Part shown: piece by piece, positions 8,795 through 16,704 of the stretch
Layout of the letters: each line of letters opens with the position of its first letter
How positions within the stretch are numbered: position 1 is the stretch's first letter
NCBI GenBank assembly: GCA_036005985.1
Contig: DASYQB010000115.1
Span: 1-35,306, forward strand
From: Candidatus Methylomirabilota bacterium
Lineage (GTDB): Bacteria > Methylomirabilota > Methylomirabilia > Rokubacteriales > CSP1-6
DNA: 35,306 nt
Direction: 5' to 3'
Position numbers and translations under genes: made by a program
Notes under the pieces: model-generated
Seen by the model: only the letters and a program-made list of their open reading frames with translations
Told to the model about the DNA's origin: nothing
Database searches by the model: none

Positions 8795-10045
8795 ATGAAG
8801 ACCCTCGTGCTGGGAGGCGGAGTCGTCGGGGTGACCACGGCCTATTTCCTCGCCAAGGCCGGCCACGAGGTCACGATCCTCGAGGAGAAGGACGGACTCG
8901 GCCTCGAGGCCAGTGCCGGCAACGCGGGGATCATTGCCCCCGGCCACTCCTTCGCGTGGGCCTCACCGCGCGCGCCGGCCATGCTCCTCCGCTCGCTCCG
9001 GGGCGACGAAACGGCCATCCGTGTGCGGCTCGCCCCCGATCCGCACCTCTACACGTGGGGACTCCGCTTCCTGCGCGAGTGCACGGCGGCGCGGGCAAGG
9101 CGGAATACCCTCATCAAGCTCCGGCTCTGCCAGTACAGCCAGGGAGTGCTGAACGAGCTGGCCCGCGCGGAAGGGATCGAGTACGACGCCATCGCGCAGG
9201 GGGCCCTCTATCTCTATCGCGATCCGGCCGAGCTCGAGGCCGGGGTGAAGAAGATGGCCCTCCTCTCCGAGCACGGCCAGAAGCAGGAGATCCTCGACGC
9301 GACCGCGGTGGCGAAGATCGATCCCGTCTTCGAGCCGGTCAAGACCCGGATCGCCGGGGCCATCCACGACCTCGGCGACGCCAGCGGCGACTCGCGTCTC
9401 TTCACGGAGAGGCTGGGCGCCCTCTGTCGGGACCGGCTCGGCGTCAGCGTGAAGCTCGGCTCCCGCATCATCGCGCTCCGGAGCGGGGGGGACCGGATCG
9501 ACGGTGTGGTCACGAATGACGGCATCCTCACCGCGGACAGCTACGTGCTCGCCCTCGGGGTGGGAAGTGCGATCGTGGCGCGGACGGCGGGGGTGAGCCT
9601 GCCCATCTATCCCGCCAAGGGCTATTCCTCGACCTTTCCTCTTCGGCCCGGCGGCCTCGCCCCGACCATTCCCGGCGTCGACGAGCGGTGGCTGGTGGCG
9701 TGGTCGCGCTTCGGCGACCGGCTGCGTCTCACCTCGACGGCGGAGTTCGCGGGCTACGACTGGAGCTGGACGCCGCGCGACTTCAACAACATCCTTCGCT
9801 TCGCCCGCGACGTCTTCCCGGAGGCCGTCGACTACGATCGGGGTGAGTATCGCGCGTGCCTTCGGCCCATGACTCCCGATGGGCCGCCCATCCTCGGCCT
9901 CGGGTGCCACCGCAACCTCTTCTTCAACAGCGGTCACGGGCACATGGGCTGGACCATGGCCTGCGGCACCGCGCGGATCGTCGCCGACCTCATGAGCAGC
10001 CGCATGCCCGAGCTGGATCTGGAAGGCCTGACGCCACGGCGGTAG
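8795..10045 (+). CDS. dadA: D-amino-acid dehydrogenase (DadA-like)
   Basis: The ATG at 8795 lies 2 nt after the upstream stop; the listed start at 7898 is an extension. MKTLVLGGGVVGVTTAYFLAKAGHEVTILEE…EASAGNAGIIAPGHSFAWASP closely parallels the DadA N-terminus. Confidence 0.85.
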   Translation: MKTLVLGGGVVGVTTAYFLAKAGHEVTILEEKDGLGLEASAGNAGIIAPGHSFAWASPRAPAMLLRSLRGDETAIRVRLAPDPHLYTWGLRFLRECTAARARRNTLIKLRLCQYSQGVLNELARAEGIEYDAIAQGALYLYRDPAELEAGVKKMALLSEHGQKQEILDATAVAKIDPVFEPVKTRIAGAIHDLGDASGDSRLFTERLGALCRDRLGVSVKLGSRIIALRSGGDRIDGVVTNDGILTADSYVLALGVGSAIVARTAGVSLPIYPAKGYSSTFPLRPGGLAPTIPGVDERWLVAWSRFGDRLRLTSTAEFAGYDWSWTPRDFNNILRFARDVFPEAVDYDRGEYRACLRPMTPDGPPILGLGCHRNLFFNSGHGHMGWTMACGTARIVADLMSSRMPELDLEGLTPRR

Positions 10046-10051
10046 CCGGGG

Positions 10052-10771
10052 CTACTTCTCGCCGAGGTAGGCCTTGCGCACGACGTCGGAGCGGAGGAGG
10101 GCGGCCGCGGCATCCTGCAGGACGATGCGCCCGGTCTGGATGACGTAGCCCCGATGGGCCACCCGCAGGGCCATCCGCGCGTTCTGCTCGACGAGCAGGA
10201 TGGTCGTGCCGAGCTGGTTGATGTTGCGGATGATGTCGAAGATCGTCTCCACGAGGATGGGCGAGAGACCCATCGACGGCTCGTCGAGTAGCAGCATGTC
10301 GGGCTTGGCCATGAGCGCGCGCCCCATGGCCAGCATCTGCTGCTCGCCTCCGGAGAGGGTGCCGCCCTTCTGGGCGAGGCGGTCGCGGAGCCGCGGGAAC
10401 AGCGCGAGCACCCGTTCCAGATCCTGGGGGATCGCCTCGCGGTCGGTGCGCGCGAAGGCCCCCAGCTCCAGGTTCTCCAGCACGGTCATGGGCGCGAAGA
10501 TGCGCCGGCCTTCCGGCGATTGGGCGATGCCAAGGCGCGCGATGCGGTGAGTCGGCACCCGGTCGATGCGCCGGCCGTCGAAGGTGACGGTCCCGCGAAG
10601 CGCCCGCACCAGGCCGATCACCGTGCGGAGCGTGGTGGTCTTGCCTGCCCCGTTGCCTCCGATCAGCGTCACGATCTCGCCCCGGCCCACGGTGAGGGAC
10701 ACACCCTTGAGCGCGCGGATGTTGCCGTAGTAGGCGTGCACGTCCTGCAGCGCGAGCAGCTCCGCGCTCAC
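10052..10771 (-). CDS. livF: Branched-chain amino acid (Liv-type) ABC transporter ATP-binding protein LivF
   Basis: Walker A GGNGAGKTT, signature LSGGEQQ and Walker B LLLDEPS are present. The GTG start overlaps the upstream stop (GTGA). Confidence 0.9.
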   Translation of the reverse strand: MSAELLALQDVHAYYGNIRALKGVSLTVGRGEIVTLIGGNGAGKTTTLRTVIGLVRALRGTVTFDGRRIDRVPTHRIARLGIAQSPEGRRIFAPMTVLENLELGAFARTDREAIPQDLERVLALFPRLRDRLAQKGGTLSGGEQQMLAMGRALMAKPDMLLLDEPSMGLSPILVETIFDIIRNINQLGTTILLVEQNARMALRVAHRGYVIQTGRIVLQDAAAALLRSDVVRKAYLGEK

Positions 10772-12753
10772 GTGGCGACCAGCTCCTGCTCGTAACCCTT
10801 GCCGAGGTACGCCTCGATCACCTGGGCGTTCTGCCGGATCTCCACCGGCGTGCCTTCGGCGATCCGCGTGCCGTAGTCGAGCACGGTGATGCGGTCGGAG
10901 ATTCCCATCACGACTTCCATGTGGTGCTCGATGAGGAGGACGGACAGGCCGAGTTCACGCCTTAGCAGACCGATCAGCTCGGTCAGCGTGTCGGTCTCCC
11001 GCGGATTCATGCCCGCGGTGGGCTCGTCGAGAAGGAGGAGCCGGGGCTCGGTGGCGAGCGCCCGGGCGATCTCGAGCCGCCGCTGATCGCCGTAGGCGAG
11101 ATTCTTGGCCATCTCCGCGGCCTTGGCGTCCAGGCCCACGAAGGCGAGGAGATCGGTGGCCCGGCCGCGCGCCCGCACCTCCTCGACCATCACGGCGGGC
11201 GGCCGGAAGACCGCGCCCGCCACCGAGGCGTGGAGCCGGCAGTGCTCGCCCACCAGCACGTTGTCGAGCACGCTCATGTTCTGGAAGAGGCGGATCGACT
11301 GGAAGGTGCGCGCGATCCCGCGTCCGACGATGGCGTGGGGGCGCAGGCCGACCACGCTCGCGCCGTCGAGCAGGATCTCGCCCCGGTCCGGCCGGAGCAG
11401 TCCGGTGACGAGGTTGAAGAAGGTCGTCTTGCCCGCGCCGTTCGGCCCGATGAGGCCGATGATGCCGCCCGCCGGGATGACCAGCTCCACGTCGCTCACC
11501 GCGATGAGGCCGCCGAAGCTCCGCGTCAGACCACGCACCTCGAGGACGGGAGGGCCACTGGGGGGCCGGCGACCCGGGCTCGCCGCTTCCCTCAGCCAGG
11601 CGGGCAGGGCCTCGGCGCGCGGGCGGGGCGGAGCAGCCACCAGCGCGAGCCTCTCCTCCCCCTCGTCGACGTCCGCCGCGGGCGGGCGGGCGCGGCGGCC
11701 CATGAGGCCCTCCGGGCGGATGAGCATGATGACGACCAGGCCGAGACCGAAGAAAAACCAGCGCCACAGCGTGAGATCGACGGAGGCGAGCGCGGCGATG
11801 CCGAGCGAGCGGCCGACCCAGCGGATGAAGAACGTCATCTGGGAGAGGAGGATACGGTCGAAGAGGGTGATGAGCATCCCGCCGAGGATCACGCCCTTGA
11901 GGCTGCCCATGCCTCCGAGGACGACCATGCACAGGAGCATGATGGAGACGTTGAACTCGAAGGCGCCCGGCGTGATGGCTTGCAGCTTGGCCGCGTAGAA
12001 CGAGCCGGCGAAGCCGGAGAAGGAGGCGCCGAGGGCGAAGGCGAGGAGCTTGGTCTTGACCGGATTGACGCCGGTGCAGTCGGCCGCCGTCTCGTCCTCG
12101 CGGATGGCCATCCAGGCCCGCCCGAGCCGCGAGTCGCGCATCCGGTTCATGGCCCACAGCGAAAACGCGCCGATGACCAGGATGAGGAAATACCAGGGAA
12201 TGAAGTCGGTGTCGAAGTTGACGAAGGGCAGGTGCGGGCGGCCGACGGGATTCACCCCGTTCTCGCCCCCCGTCAGGTTGAGCCGCTCCACCGGCTTCCA
12301 GCCGGCGATGTCGATGGTGATGTCGCCCATGTTGCGGATGGCCACGGGGATGATCTCGCCGAAGGCCAGGGTGATGATGGCCAGATAGTCTCCGCGCACC
12401 CGCAAGGTCGGCGCCCCGATCACCACTCCGAGCGCGGCGGAGACGGCCGCGGCGATCCAGATCACCACCCAGAAGCTCCACACGTGGCCGTACAGCGGGG
12501 AGCCGAGCACCGGCGAGTTGAGGAGACCCATGGTGTAGGCGCCGATGGCGAAGAACGCGGCGTAGCCCAGGTCGAGCATGCCCGCATAGCCCACCACGAT
12601 GTTGAGTCCGAGGGCGAGGAGGACGTAGATCATGGCGTCGGTGACCGCGTGCACGGTCTGCGCCTGCAGCCAGCGGTCGAGGAAGGGATAGCCGAGGAGC
12701 GCGGTGACGAGGAGGGCGGCGGGAATCACCCGGACGGAGCGGAAGTCGCTCAC
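10768..12753 (-). CDS. Fused Liv-type permease (LivM-like) and ATP-binding (LivG-like) protein
   Basis: The GTG at 12753 overlaps the livH stop (GTGA); the listed start at 13248 is an extension. The N-terminal ~330 aa is multi-TM and LivM-like (LALGLNIVVGYAGMLDLGYAAFFAIGAY). A ~45-aa Pro/Ala/Arg linker follows, then an ABC ATPase (GPNGAGKTTFFN, AYGDQRRLEIARAL, LLLDEPTAG). Confidence 0.85.
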   Translation of the reverse strand: MSDFRSVRVIPAALLVTALLGYPFLDRWLQAQTVHAVTDAMIYVLLALGLNIVVGYAGMLDLGYAAFFAIGAYTMGLLNSPVLGSPLYGHVWSFWVVIWIAAAVSAALGVVIGAPTLRVRGDYLAIITLAFGEIIPVAIRNMGDITIDIAGWKPVERLNLTGGENGVNPVGRPHLPFVNFDTDFIPWYFLILVIGAFSLWAMNRMRDSRLGRAWMAIREDETAADCTGVNPVKTKLLAFALGASFSGFAGSFYAAKLQAITPGAFEFNVSIMLLCMVVLGGMGSLKGVILGGMLITLFDRILLSQMTFFIRWVGRSLGIAALASVDLTLWRWFFFGLGLVVIMLIRPEGLMGRRARPPAADVDEGEERLALVAAPPRPRAEALPAWLREAASPGRRPPSGPPVLEVRGLTRSFGGLIAVSDVELVIPAGGIIGLIGPNGAGKTTFFNLVTGLLRPDRGEILLDGASVVGLRPHAIVGRGIARTFQSIRLFQNMSVLDNVLVGEHCRLHASVAGAVFRPPAVMVEEVRARGRATDLLAFVGLDAKAAEMAKNLAYGDQRRLEIARALATEPRLLLLDEPTAGMNPRETDTLTELIGLLRRELGLSVLLIEHHMEVVMGISDRITVLDYGTRIAEGTPVEIRQNAQVIEAYLGKGYEQELVAT

Positions 12754-13646
12754 GCCTTGTCCGGTACCTTCTCGCCGAGCAGCCCCTGGGGCCGGAAGAT
12801 CAAAACCAGGATCAGGATGGAAAAGACGATGGCGTTCGTCCAGCGCGCCGAGATGTACTGGTCGCTCCACGCGGAGAGGAAGCCGATGACGAGACCGCCC
12901 AGCGCGGCGCCCGGCATGCTCCCGATGCCGCCCAGGACCGCCGCGGTGAAAGCACGCAGACCCGCCTGGTAGCCCATCCACCACATCCCGATGTTGTAGT
13001 AGAGCCCCTGGATGATGCCGGCCGCCCCCGCGAGGGCGCCTCCGATGAAAAAGGTGAGGATGATGGTCTTCTCGACGTCGATGCCCATCGAGAGCGCGGT
13101 GTCCTTGTCCTGCGCGGTGGCTCGCATCGCCTTGCCCCACCGCGTGCGGGTCACGAAATACTGGAGGCCGATCATCAGCGGAATGGTGCCGGCGAGGACG
13201 AGGAGGTCCTTGGTGGTGATGAAGAGGAGCGAGTCCATGCCGAACCACTCGCGCAGGATGTCCACCGACGGGAACACGTCGGGATAGGCGATGGGCGCGG
13301 GGCCCTTCCAGATCAGGGTGAGGTTCTCCAGCATGAACGACACGCCGATCGCGGTGATGAGGGGGGCGAGCCGGAAGGCGTGCCGGAGAGGCCGATAGGC
13401 GACGCGGTCGATGACCACGTTGATCGTCCCCGTGGTCAGCATGGTGGCGAGGAAGACAGCGGGCAGCACGATCACGAGCTGCCAGCCGTGGAGCGTGGTG
13501 GCCATGCCGAGGAGAGTGAGGTAGCTGAGCGAGATGAAGAGGCCCAGCATGAAGACGTCGCCGTGCGCGAAGTTGATGAGGCCGATGATCCCGTAGACCA
13601 TGGTGTAGCCGAGGGCGATGAGCGCGAAGACGGCGCCGCGGGTCAC
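12750..13646 (-). CDS. livH: Liv-type ABC transporter permease LivH
   Basis: 298 aa, multi-TM, with LivH-like sequence (ALGYTMVYGIIGLINFAHGDVFMLG…). Confidence 0.9.
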   Translation of the reverse strand: MTRGAVFALIALGYTMVYGIIGLINFAHGDVFMLGLFISLSYLTLLGMATTLHGWQLVIVLPAVFLATMLTTGTINVVIDRVAYRPLRHAFRLAPLITAIGVSFMLENLTLIWKGPAPIAYPDVFPSVDILREWFGMDSLLFITTKDLLVLAGTIPLMIGLQYFVTRTRWGKAMRATAQDKDTALSMGIDVEKTIILTFFIGGALAGAAGIIQGLYYNIGMWWMGYQAGLRAFTAAVLGGIGSMPGAALGGLVIGFLSAWSDQYISARWTNAIVFSILILVLIFRPQGLLGEKVPDKA

Positions 13647-13689
13647 CCCGTTGACGGTCTGCTGGATCAGAACCTCGTGCCAGTCCAGA

Positions 13690-13775
13690 TTTATTTGGCC
13701 CGGGGGGGAGCGGCGCCGCTCCTCCCCCAGACCCCTTTTATTTGGACCGGGGGGGAGCGCCGCCGCTCCTCCCCC
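13690..13775 (-). repeat. Two tandem 39-bp copies (47-bp period) of a TTTATTTGG + GC-rich hairpin element between the binding-protein and permease genes
   Basis: Copy 1 is at 13690-13728 (tttatttggcccgggggggagcggcgccgctcctccccc). Copy 2 is at 13737-13775 (tttatttggaccgggggggagcgccgccgctcctccccc). Each folds into a GC stem of about 11-13 bp. Confidence 0.85.
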
Positions 13776-13827
13776 GGAACCCCCCCACCGGTTGTCCGCG
13801 CGCTGTCCTTCACCGTGGCGGGCGCGG

Positions 13828-15099
13828 CTACTCGAGGATGGCTTCGAACTGGAACTTGCAGCCGATGGGGCCGTCCGACTTCACGACCTTGAAGCCCGAC
13901 ATGGTGTCGTAGTCGACGTCACCGTTGGCGTCGAAGCTCCACTTGCCGTTGATGCCCTCGAAGTTCTTGGTAAGGGAGATCGCCTTGCGGAGGGCCTCCC
14001 GCTTCTCGGTGATGTCCTTGGCGCGGTCGATCTCGGGCGCGGCGCGCTTGAAGGCCTCGACGGCCACCCGGCCGCCCTCCGCCGCGTACAGCGCATAGGC
14101 CGTGGGCTCCTTGCCGAACTTCTTCTTGTACTCCTCGTACGTCTTGGCCCCCACCCCCTTCATCTTCTCGAAGGGCAGGCCGGCGAAGGTCACCCGCATA
14201 TCGGTGGCCATGGCCACCTCGCAGGTCGCCCCCTTCAGCAGCTCTTCCTCGAGGAGGCCGTCCGGCCCCATGAAGCGGACGCGCGGGGCGACCAGTCCCA
14301 CTTCCTTCATCTGACGGATGATGACCTGCGCGCCGGTCTCGATGACACCCCCCATGTAGACGAGATCGGCGCCGGAGGCGCGCACCTTGGTGAGGATGGG
14401 CTTCTGGTCGGGCTGCTTCCAGTCGATGCCCTCGTTGGCCACCACGGGGAGCCCGATCTTCTTGGCGGTGGCCTCGAAGACGTCGGCAATGCCCTTGCCG
14501 TAGAGCTCCTGGTCATTGAGGATGAACACCTTCTTCACGCCCAGGCGCTTGGCCCACTTGGCCGCCACCGCGCCCTGGATGTCGTCGGCGGGGATGGGAC
14601 GGAAGTAGTTCACGAAGCCGAGCGGGCGATAGATCTCCGGCTCGCCCGGCGCCGCCCCCTGCTTCTTGGTGAGCCCGGGATAGGTGTTGGCCGGGGTGAT
14701 CTGGGCCATGCGGGCCCGGTTGGTGATCGGTATGGAGACCTTGGCCGCCCCGGAGTTGTACGTGCCGACGTAGAGGATGGCGAGCGGATCCGCCACCGCC
14801 TTGTTCGCGTTCTCCGCCTCGACCGCACCGTCCCACTTGCCGGTCTGCGGAGAGGCGTCATCCATGTTGACGATCTCCAGGCAGTATCCGGCGACCACCC
14901 CGCCCGTCTCCGCGATGGCCATGTCGAGCCCGTTCTTCATGCCCGTGCCCTCGGGGATCATCGCGCCTTGCATGGGCCACGAGGTGTAGATGCGGAACTT
15001 GCCCTTCGGACACGATTGGGCGGTCCCCTCGATCGGAATGGAGGCCACCATGACGAGCACCGCGACGCCGAATGCTTCCAGCCATCCCCATCTGCGCAT
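13828..15099 (-). CDS. Liv-type (LivK/LivJ family) periplasmic substrate-binding protein
   Basis: The ATG at 15099 is preceded by GGGAGGGG; the listed start at 15192 is an extension. It has a signal peptide (MRRWGWLEAFGVAVLVMVASIPIEGTAQS) and family-typical sequence throughout. Confidence 0.85.
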   Translation of the reverse strand: MRRWGWLEAFGVAVLVMVASIPIEGTAQSCPKGKFRIYTSWPMQGAMIPEGTGMKNGLDMAIAETGGVVAGYCLEIVNMDDASPQTGKWDGAVEAENANKAVADPLAILYVGTYNSGAAKVSIPITNRARMAQITPANTYPGLTKKQGAAPGEPEIYRPLGFVNYFRPIPADDIQGAVAAKWAKRLGVKKVFILNDQELYGKGIADVFEATAKKIGLPVVANEGIDWKQPDQKPILTKVRASGADLVYMGGVIETGAQVIIRQMKEVGLVAPRVRFMGPDGLLEEELLKGATCEVAMATDMRVTFAGLPFEKMKGVGAKTYEEYKKKFGKEPTAYALYAAEGGRVAVEAFKRAAPEIDRAKDITEKREALRKAISLTKNFEGINGKWSFDANGDVDYDTMSGFKVVKSDGPIGCKFQFEAILE

Positions 15100-15249
15100 A
15101 GCGTCCCCTCCCGCATGACTACGGCGTGAGCAGCGATTACCGATCCGCCACCGGCTTGGCCGGATGCTGGAGATTCGGGCGGCGGCTGTCAAGGGGTTTC
15201 TTGCGGCCCGTCCTGGGTTATCCTGTGCGCCATCGAACGGAGGCCAATC

Positions 15250-16077
15250 ATGGCGGAACCACGAGTCATCTACGATGCGAAGCCCGGCTCACCGATCGCC
15301 GTAGATCATGCCTTCTACGACCGGCTCGCCCAGCAGACCGCTTCCCGCACCCTGGTCGAGCGCTTCATCGTGCCCATGCGCTCCGGCCGCGCCTGGCCGG
15401 TGCGGGCCGGCCAGCTCTTCCGCATCGTGGCGGTGGAGGGGCCGCAGGTCGCGGACTTCAACGCGTGGAATCTCGACAACCCCCGCGAGCGCTTCTGGGC
15501 TTCCCGGACCAAACAGCTCCACCGGGCCCACGTCACCACCTACGACCGGCTCTGGTCCTCCCTGCCCTATCTCCGGCCCATGCTCACCATCACCAACGAC
15601 ACCATCCGCTATGGCCTCGACGCGGATGGCGCGGGCTGCCACGATCTGCTCGGCACGCGCTGCGATCCCTACGTGCACAAGATGCTCAACGGCGAGGACT
15701 TCGATCTCTGCTGCCACTCCAACCTCGTGCGCGCGGTCGCCCCCTACCGCCTCACCGAGCTCGACGTCCACGACGTGCTCAACATCTTCCAGGTCACGGG
15801 GCTGACCAAGGACGACCGCTACTTCGTCAAAGGGAGTCCCGCCAAGAAGGGGGACTTCATCGAGCTCTTCGCCGAGATCGACGTGCTGTGCGCCATCTCC
15901 ACCTGTCCTCACGGCGATCTTTCCGTGCAGATGTGGGGGGACGAGGCGGGCGATCCCCTCAGCACCTGCCGGCCCCTCGCCGTGGAGATCTGGCAGCCGG
16001 ATCCGGAGCTGCTCACGGGCTGGCGCTCTCCCGCGGTCTCCGACTATCGCGGAGACCACGGCCTTCGCCGCGGCTAG
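15250..16077 (+). CDS. DUF1989 protein (urea-carboxylase-associated protein / carboxyguanidine deiminase subunit-like), larger paralogue
   Basis: GGAGG lies upstream of the ATG. The sequence (…FIVPMRSGRAWPVRAGQLFRIVAVEGPQVADFNAWN…) matches my recollection of the DUF1989 family. Confidence 0.7.
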   Translation: MAEPRVIYDAKPGSPIAVDHAFYDRLAQQTASRTLVERFIVPMRSGRAWPVRAGQLFRIVAVEGPQVADFNAWNLDNPRERFWASRTKQLHRAHVTTYDRLWSSLPYLRPMLTITNDTIRYGLDADGAGCHDLLGTRCDPYVHKMLNGEDFDLCCHSNLVRAVAPYRLTELDVHDVLNIFQVTGLTKDDRYFVKGSPAKKGDFIELFAEIDVLCAISTCPHGDLSVQMWGDEAGDPLSTCRPLAVEIWQPDPELLTGWRSPAVSDYRGDHGLRRG

Positions 16078-16101
16078 CCGCGCGCAGGCGAGAAAGGACT
16101 C

Positions 16102-16704
16102 ATGGCGACCACGCAGATCCACACGATTCCCGCCCGACGGGGCGCCGCGGCGCGAGTGGCCGCGGGCCAGCGGGTCAAGGTCATCAATACCCACGGCACC
16201 CAGGTCGTCGACACCTGGGCCTTCAATGCGGGCGACGCCACGGAGTGGATGTCCATGGAGGCCAGCCGCGCGTGGTTCCTGAAGCTGCGCGCCGCCGTCG
16301 GCGACGCCTTCCTCACGAACCAGCGGCGGCCCATTCTGACCCTGATCGAAGACACCTCGGGGAGGGCCCACGACACCCTCATGGCCGCCTGTGATCTGCC
16401 GCGGTACCGGCTGCTCGGGGTCGAAGGCCATCACGACAACTGCCGGGACAATCTGCACGCGGCGCTGGCCGGCCTCGGCATCACGGTGCCCGCCACGCCG
16501 TCACCGCTCAACCTGTTCATGAACATTCCCTGGACGCCCGACGGGACGCTCGCCTGGGCCGAGCCCATCTCCCCGCCCGGGAGCTACGCCGTCTTCCGCG
16601 CGGAGATGGATCTGGTCATCGCCTTCTCTGCCTGTCCCCAGGACATCCTGCCCATCAACGGCCGCACCGGATCGACCACCGAAGCGCACTACGTCATCGA
16701 GTAG
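16102..16704 (+). CDS. DUF1989 protein, smaller paralogue
   Basis: AAAGGA lies upstream of the ATG. IPARRGAAARVAAGQRVKVINTHGTQVVDTWAFN is clearly paralogous to the preceding gene. Confidence 0.7.
   Translation: MATTQIHTIPARRGAAARVAAGQRVKVINTHGTQVVDTWAFNAGDATEWMSMEASRAWFLKLRAAVGDAFLTNQRRPILTLIEDTSGRAHDTLMAACDLPRYRLLGVEGHHDNCRDNLHAALAGLGITVPATPSPLNLFMNIPWTPDGTLAWAEPISPPGSYAVFRAEMDLVIAFSACPQDILPINGRTGSTTEAHYVIE

Noticed and set aside
13690-13775. A CRISPR array or an intrinsic terminator at the livK-livH repeat.
   Set aside because: There are only two copies, separated by 8 bp, and no spacers or cas genes. On the transcribed (minus) strand the stems are followed by A-rich rather than U-rich sequence.
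13828-15099. Re-assigning the Liv-type importer as a urea (Urt) transporter because of the neighbouring DUF1989 genes.
   Set aside because: The binding protein reads like the generic LivK/amide-family SBPs. I saw no Urt-specific features, so the substrate is left open.
15100-15249. A guanidine-I (ykkC) or other riboswitch upstream of the DUF1989 pair.
   Set aside because: By eye I could not find the conserved ykkC sequence blocks (for example GGUCCGAGAG or CUAGGGUUCC-like). This was only a visual check, so an Rfam scan is still worthwhile.
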